Part shown: positions 55,226-60,174 of the stretch, piece by piece
Layout of the letters: each line of letters starts with the position of its first letter
Position numbering within the stretch: the stretch's first letter is position 1
IMG/VR virus record: IMGVR_UViG_3300007276_005408
Location: 1-60,174 of that record
Reading direction: 5' to 3' (one strand)
Source: a virus
Taxonomy: Duplodnaviria > Caudoviricetes
DNA length: 60,174 nt
Notes under the pieces: generated by a model
Databases searched by the model: none
Told to the model about the DNA's origin: nothing
Seen by the model: the letters and a program-made list of their open reading frames with translations, nothing else
Translations under genes and position numbers: made by a program

Positions 55226-57724
55226 TCAAAAAAATCTTTCTAAAGATGTCTTTTTATTTACTGGGACATCCCATTTCAATGTTTCATAAAACATCATTAT
55301 TTTCTTTTCCAGCATCTGAGCATACATTTTTTTATGGTCTATGTATGTCTTTATAAACTCTATTATTTGTGGTGGGTCTTCGTAACCTTTATACCCACAA
55401 GATTCCATAGCTAATGTATTTTGTTTTAGGTACACCCATCTTATCTTTTGAGCTTCATTTATCTTTTCATATTGTTTACCCAAACCAAAGTGTCCCAACA
55501 AATCATTGTAATTTATAGCAGCCTTTACATGTGCCGGAGAACCTTTTGCGAAATTTGTAAAGTGACCATTCTTACCAGCACTGTATTTCTTTAGGTTCTT
55601 TACCCCAGTAGGCATTGCTATCCTATCAAAGTCTAATAGTTTCATAGATTCTTTGAAGTTTATAATTCTTTCATCTATCTTATCCTTTGGCACAGTTGCT
55701 AAAATGTCCTCTAACACACTCTTCAGTAATTCACCCATAGCTTTTGGAAAGTTACTACGAACTAAGTCCAAACCTTTTACATGCAGTTTGTTTACCTTTA
55801 CCCCATTGTCATTGATAATCTTCATACCATATCTTTTCTTCACAATGAACAAACCTGATTTAGCTATCAACTCCTGCTTTATCTCAAACCTATGTTTATC
55901 TAAGTTCAAAAACTTCTTACCAAAATAATCATAGGATTTGTTTAGGTATGTCTGCATCTCATCAGCTACATCCAATATCCTCTTACTCATCATAGTCTCA
56001 CTGTCGTAATCTATATTAGGAAACCTTTTCTTTACCAATGGTAGTGCTGAATAGAATACAGAATCAGTATCGATGTAAATACAATAGTCATCATTAGTAC
56101 CAAGCTCATTATTGTAAAAGTGATTACCAATCTCTTTAGTAAATTTTATTAGTTCTTGACCAGTAAGTGTTGTAGCTTCCGCATTATCTAAGTCATAGAA
56201 ACGAAATACAGGTAAACCCAATACACCATAAAGTGAATTTAGAACCACCTTCTGAATCAACTGGCGACTTTTGAAGTATGTGTATTTCTGTTCATCTCCA
56301 GCGTCACCAAACTTCTTCATCAACTTTCTATACTCCACACGAGTATCAAACCACTTCTCTAATAGAGCTGGAATCAATCCTTTCTTATCACTACGATATA
56401 GAACACCATTAGAAGATACAGAAACTTTATTGTTGTCAAAGAAATCTTTTAGTTCTGTTTCTGTAAGTTTACCCATCTCTTTTTCGCCAGACATTAGAGT
56501 ATAAGTTTTCTTTACACCCTTCATAAATTCTTTAGCATTCCAACCAGTCAATTTCCCCATCTTAGTTTCAGGTGATATATTCAAAGACATAATAACTGAT
56601 GGATACATAGATGTAATATCCAAATCAAATACCCAATCATGCTTTCCTCTTTGTGGTGGCTGTACATAAGCACCAGCAAACTTTTCCCCATCATCTAATG
56701 TCTTTGGTCGTGGTGGTTTATTTGGAGCAACAACTCCTAAGTTCTTTAGATACACTAAGATAGCACCCTCTAAATATCTTGATGAAAAATATACATCTTC
56801 ATAAGGAACATGACCTACATGACACACACCTCGCGCCATCTCAATAAAATCTAATTTATCATTTAGTCTCTTTACAAGTCTAACATCATGAATGTTATAC
56901 TCTACGAACTTATCTATATTATTTTCATATAAGTCATTGAGTGTTCCAGTATATTCTATTTTGTTTTCACTCAATTCAAATTCAGCAACAGCATCTAATC
57001 TGTAAGATGATAACTGTGTATATGTAAAGAGTCTGTATAAAGAGTAGTAGTCTAAACAACTAACACCAGCAAACATATATCTTTTTCTATGCTTGTTCCA
57101 ATTTACAATTTTTATAGGAGATAATAAGTCAGCAATATTTTTACCAGCAACAACCATTATTCGATTATATAAATACGGCATATCAAATGTGTCTATATTC
57201 CAACCAGTAATTATAGTAGGCTCATCTTCTAAATAAACCTCAAGAAATCTTTTGAATAAATCTAACTCATTGTCGAAACTTTCAATTATAATATTGTCTT
57301 TTGATTTTAGTCTGAGTTTGTCTTTTTCATCTAATACAAAAGCGTAGTATGAATCGGTAGATGATAGATATATAGCGATAGAGGTTATCTTATTCGTTGC
57401 TTTTCGGTAGTCTGGAAAGCCATCTGTAACTTCAACCTCAATATCGATATTCAACAATCGATGATTTTTAGAGAGTTCTTCCGACTTAGCATACTTATCA
57501 ACTAACACACGAGTTTCTACTGGCACATCAGACTCAAATAAATTTGGTGTGGCTGGATTGAATTGAGTTACCTTCTTTAGTTTGTCACCATACAAAGAAA
57601 TGTGCTGTCCATTTCTATCTTTTACATAAGCATATGGTTTATGTGGGATTGTATAATAACCAAGCTCATCGTCCCAAATATGAACCTTTCTTTTTTTATT
57701 GTCGTAATATAAATTTTGGTATAT
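55226..57724 (-). CDS. family B DNA polymerase (gp43-like), probable ATA start
   Basis: DIE, GWNIDTFD, DITSMYPS, KVVLNSLYG, YIDTDS, KKRY and C-terminal SLERFF clamp-binding motif; frame open 43 codons upstream of the TTG to an ATA behind GGAG. Confidence 0.95.
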   Translation of the reverse strand: MYQNLYYDNKKRKVHIWDDELGYYTIPHKPYAYVKDRNGQHISLYGDKLKKVTQFNPATPNLFESDVPVETRVLVDKYAKSEELSKNHRLLNIDIEVEVTDGFPDYRKATNKITSIAIYLSSTDSYYAFVLDEKDKLRLKSKDNIIIESFDNELDLFKRFLEVYLEDEPTIITGWNIDTFDMPYLYNRIMVVAGKNIADLLSPIKIVNWNKHRKRYMFAGVSCLDYYSLYRLFTYTQLSSYRLDAVAEFELSENKIEYTGTLNDLYENNIDKFVEYNIHDVRLVKRLNDKLDFIEMARGVCHVGHVPYEDVYFSSRYLEGAILVYLKNLGVVAPNKPPRPKTLDDGEKFAGAYVQPPQRGKHDWVFDLDITSMYPSVIMSLNISPETKMGKLTGWNAKEFMKGVKKTYTLMSGEKEMGKLTETELKDFFDNNKVSVSSNGVLYRSDKKGLIPALLEKWFDTRVEYRKLMKKFGDAGDEQKYTYFKSRQLIQKVVLNSLYGVLGLPVFRFYDLDNAEATTLTGQELIKFTKEIGNHFYNNELGTNDDYCIYIDTDSVFYSALPLVKKRFPNIDYDSETMMSKRILDVADEMQTYLNKSYDYFGKKFLNLDKHRFEIKQELIAKSGLFIVKKRYGMKIINDNGVKVNKLHVKGLDLVRSNFPKAMGELLKSVLEDILATVPKDKIDERIINFKESMKLLDFDRIAMPTGVKNLKKYSAGKNGHFTNFAKGSPAHVKAAINYNDLLGHFGLGKQYEKINEAQKIRWVYLKQNTLAMESCGYKGYEDPPQIIEFIKTYIDHKKMYAQMLEKKIMMFYETLKWDVPVNKKTSLERFF

Positions 57725-57773
57725 AACTAACTCCGATTGTTATAGGATATAAAATCCCCATTTTCAATACTTA

Positions 57774-57802
57774 AAGCTACAAAGAATTATGCTAAAAGTC
57801 AA
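57774..57802 (-). promoter_or_regulatory. class A promoter TTGACT-N17-TAGCTT for the replication operon
   Basis: Repeat copy with TTAGCA in spacer. Confidence 0.75.
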
Positions 57803-57815
57803 GTCTTTTTTAGAT

Positions 57816-57849
57816 AAATGGGGGAAATAAATGAAATTCCCCCCAATTT
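57816..57849 (-). terminator. terminator hairpin after the TonB-dependent receptor
   Basis: TGGGGGAA/TTCCCCCCA inverted repeat just after the stop. Confidence 0.65.
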
Positions 57850-57855
57850 TATCAT

Positions 57856-60174
57856 TTAGAAATTAACAGATAGTCCTAAGTTGAAGTGTCTTGGAGAACC
57901 AAGAAATACTTCAGCATTATGAGCTAAGTGCATTTTATCACCATACCCATTGTACTGACTGTTATCAACTGCATCTTGAACATATACATCATCAAGAACA
58001 TTGAATACATGACCACTAATAGTCATATTCAACCCAGCAATTTCTGGCAGTTTGTAAGATAAATGCATGTCTAACTTACCATACGATGGAGTTTTCCATA
58101 CTTGTGCTCTATCTACATCCTCACCGTCAACCTCACGAGAATCAGGACTCCAATCAGCATAATGATTATCATACCATTTGTAAAGACCCTGTACACGTAA
58201 ACCTTCAATTGGCTTTAGTGTAAGACCACCAACATAAGATGTCTGTGGCATATCACCAACCTTTAGATTGCTTAGAGCATATTGATACTCAGTAGATGTC
58301 TGACCAATGACTTGATTGTCATCATTGTATTCCATCTCTGTGTAATCACCTTTAGCATCGCCATCAAAGTACCAGTCACCAAAACTTACAACGAAATCTA
58401 CATCAACCATTTCGTGTAGAGCAACTTTAGACTCAACTTCGACACCAGAGTGACTTTGATTTACACCAGTAAGATAAATAATATCAGAGTCTCCTGAATC
58501 ACCTTGACCAGTCGTTACCGACTTAGTTAGGTTTCTATCATTCCACTTAGTGTTATAGTAACTACCTTTGATAGAAACTAAATCACTATTATATTCTCCA
58601 CCTATTTCAAAAGATGTGAATTTCTCATTACCTGGTTCTGAAGATACAGTTCCATCGTAAGAAATTACATTGTCAAGAATTGGTGGTTTTTGAAGATACC
58701 CAATATTAGCAAATGCTGAAAGTCTATCGTCAAGATTATATCTACCACCACCTTTCACTTGGAAAGTAGTAATAGCATCAGCCTCAACAACTTTTTTATC
58801 AACTGAGAAGTGGTCTTGATAGGTATAACCAATAGTGGATATTCCACCCATACCATACAAGTTAATTTTTTCAGTATCATACTTACCTTGTAAGAAAGCA
58901 CCAAACCAATCTACTGTGGTTTCGTTGTGGTAAGCGATAATATCACCTAACCCAACTTTCTTACCATCAGCAGCATTGTCATCAGCAAAGTCTACATAGT
59001 AGTCTCCACCAAGTAAGTCACGAACTTCCCTAGCATGTTCTATTCCAGCAGTTCTCCAATCAATACCAACTTGAACTTCAAGTTCATCTGATACATCATA
59101 GTTCAACTTAGAAATTAATCCAAGTGTACTTTGACGGTTGATTGAATTACGAAGAATACCAGTAGAACGATTTTCGGTATCAGAGAAAGCAGAATCTACA
59201 TTAGCAGAGTTCTGTGCAATCTCAGCATCCCAATCCCAAGTCCAAGGTGAAGATGCATACCAGCTTTCTCCCTCAACTGCAGGTTTTCTACTAACACTTC
59301 CATATGTACCAGTACCACCACCAGAACCACCCGACCAATAAGCAACAGAACTTAGTCTCATGTCGTCATTGATATCATAGAAATGGTTTAGGTTTACAAG
59401 TGGCTTATGAAAGAAATTTTCTCTTTCATTTAGGAAGTCGGGACTAAACCTATCTGATGTTTTATCTCCATACATATACCAATATTGTTTTCCTTTGTAA
59501 TCGGAACTTATTGGTGCTACGTTTTGGTTATAAAACCTACCAGCTTCAGTTTCAAACTTCTCACCCGCAACATAAGCTGAATCATTGTATCCATCGATAC
59601 TTCCAGCTAAGTCTTGAGAGTAAGTTGCTATATTCTGTTTGTACAGGTTCTGTCCATGCCTTTGTGGGGCACCGATAGCATATAACTCAAATCTCTGCTT
59701 ATCCGATACAGCGTAAGATGTACCCAAATAATAAGCCCAAGCGTCTGTCCAAGTTCCATCAATAAAACCATCGCCAGTTTTACGAACTATCGTTCCACTT
59801 ATTGCTAACTTATCATTTATTAGACCTGAGTTATAATTCAAGGTGGTTTTTAAAAACCCACCCTCACCGATTTCCTGTTTGAACTTCCCACCTTTTTCGT
59901 GAGATGAGGGATCGGTAATGATATTCATTGTTCCACCAATTGATGGTGTTGCTAGATTGACGGCTGATAGACCTCTTTGCATCTGAATTGAGGAAGTAGC
60001 ATCACCTACCCCATCCCAATTAGACCAATAGACCCATCCGTTCTCCATATCATTCTGAGGAACTCCGTTAATCATAACAGCCACATTTCGTTGGTTGAAA
60101 CCACGAACATTGATACGAGCATCACCCGCACCACCACCTTGATTAGTAGCATATACACTCGGTGTAGTATTCAG
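57856..60174 (-). CDS. TonB-dependent outer-membrane receptor (5' end outside window)
   Basis: Frame open to the window end; plug motifs INVRGF...VMINGVP and IQMQRG...IGGTMNIIT; barrel ending LGLSVNF. Confidence 0.95.
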   Translation of the reverse strand: MNTTPSVYATNQGGGAGDARINVRGFNQRNVAVMINGVPQNDMENGWVYWSNWDGVGDATSSIQMQRGLSAVNLATPSIGGTMNIITDPSSHEKGGKFKQEIGEGGFLKTTLNYNSGLINDKLAISGTIVRKTGDGFIDGTWTDAWAYYLGTSYAVSDKQRFELYAIGAPQRHGQNLYKQNIATYSQDLAGSIDGYNDSAYVAGEKFETEAGRFYNQNVAPISSDYKGKQYWYMYGDKTSDRFSPDFLNERENFFHKPLVNLNHFYDINDDMRLSSVAYWSGGSGGGTGTYGSVSRKPAVEGESWYASSPWTWDWDAEIAQNSANVDSAFSDTENRSTGILRNSINRQSTLGLISKLNYDVSDELEVQVGIDWRTAGIEHAREVRDLLGGDYYVDFADDNAADGKKVGLGDIIAYHNETTVDWFGAFLQGKYDTEKINLYGMGGISTIGYTYQDHFSVDKKVVEADAITTFQVKGGGRYNLDDRLSAFANIGYLQKPPILDNVISYDGTVSSEPGNEKFTSFEIGGEYNSDLVSIKGSYYNTKWNDRNLTKSVTTGQGDSGDSDIIYLTGVNQSHSGVEVESKVALHEMVDVDFVVSFGDWYFDGDAKGDYTEMEYNDDNQVIGQTSTEYQYALSNLKVGDMPQTSYVGGLTLKPIEGLRVQGLYKWYDNHYADWSPDSREVDGEDVDRAQVWKTPSYGKLDMHLSYKLPEIAGLNMTISGHVFNVLDDVYVQDAVDNSQYNGYGDKMHLAHNAEVFLGSPRHFNLGLSVNF

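Noticed and set aside
674-59678. Plus-strand ORFs in the track
   Set aside because: Nearly all are antisense shadows of well-supported minus-strand genes, with no recognisable motifs
1-60174. Stop-codon reassignment, introns or inteins
   Set aside because: Core genes are full length in the standard code, genes end on TAA, TAG and TGA with tight coupling, and the polymerase and loader show no insertions

Overview
AT-rich segment of a large, T4-like (jumbo-type) dsDNA bacteriophage. Essentially all real genes are on the minus strand and tightly coupled. The likely host is a Gram-negative of the FCB group (e.g. Marinimicrobia or Bacteroidota), inferred from the TonB-dependent receptor type. Read in the direction of transcription (right to left), the window holds: (1) a TonB-dependent receptor truncated by the window end; (2) a replication module with family-B DNA polymerase (apparent AUA start), sliding clamp and clamp loader, interleaved with two Mom-like DNA-modification genes, an Nmad1 protein and a PD-(D/E)XK nuclease; (3) a ~20 kb glycan biosynthesis and transfer island; (4) small early-type genes, a third Mom-like gene and a stand-alone TonB C-terminal domain; (5) a non-coding locus with a ~480-nt ornate structured RNA preceded by its own promoter and a boxA-like element, plus two smaller structured elements; (6) an operon of about ten genes, eight of which begin with a shared 9-10 aa leader (M-I-K-L-K-D-L-L-x-E) that resembles a T4-type capsid-targeting, protease-cleaved signal on unrelated cargo proteins; (7) phoH and two tandem paralogous outer-membrane beta-barrel-like genes. 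The most promising novelties are the leader-tagged capsid cargo array, the large ncRNA, and the phage-encoded outer-membrane/TonB toolkit. All family calls come from motifs read by eye; no database search or folding program was run.
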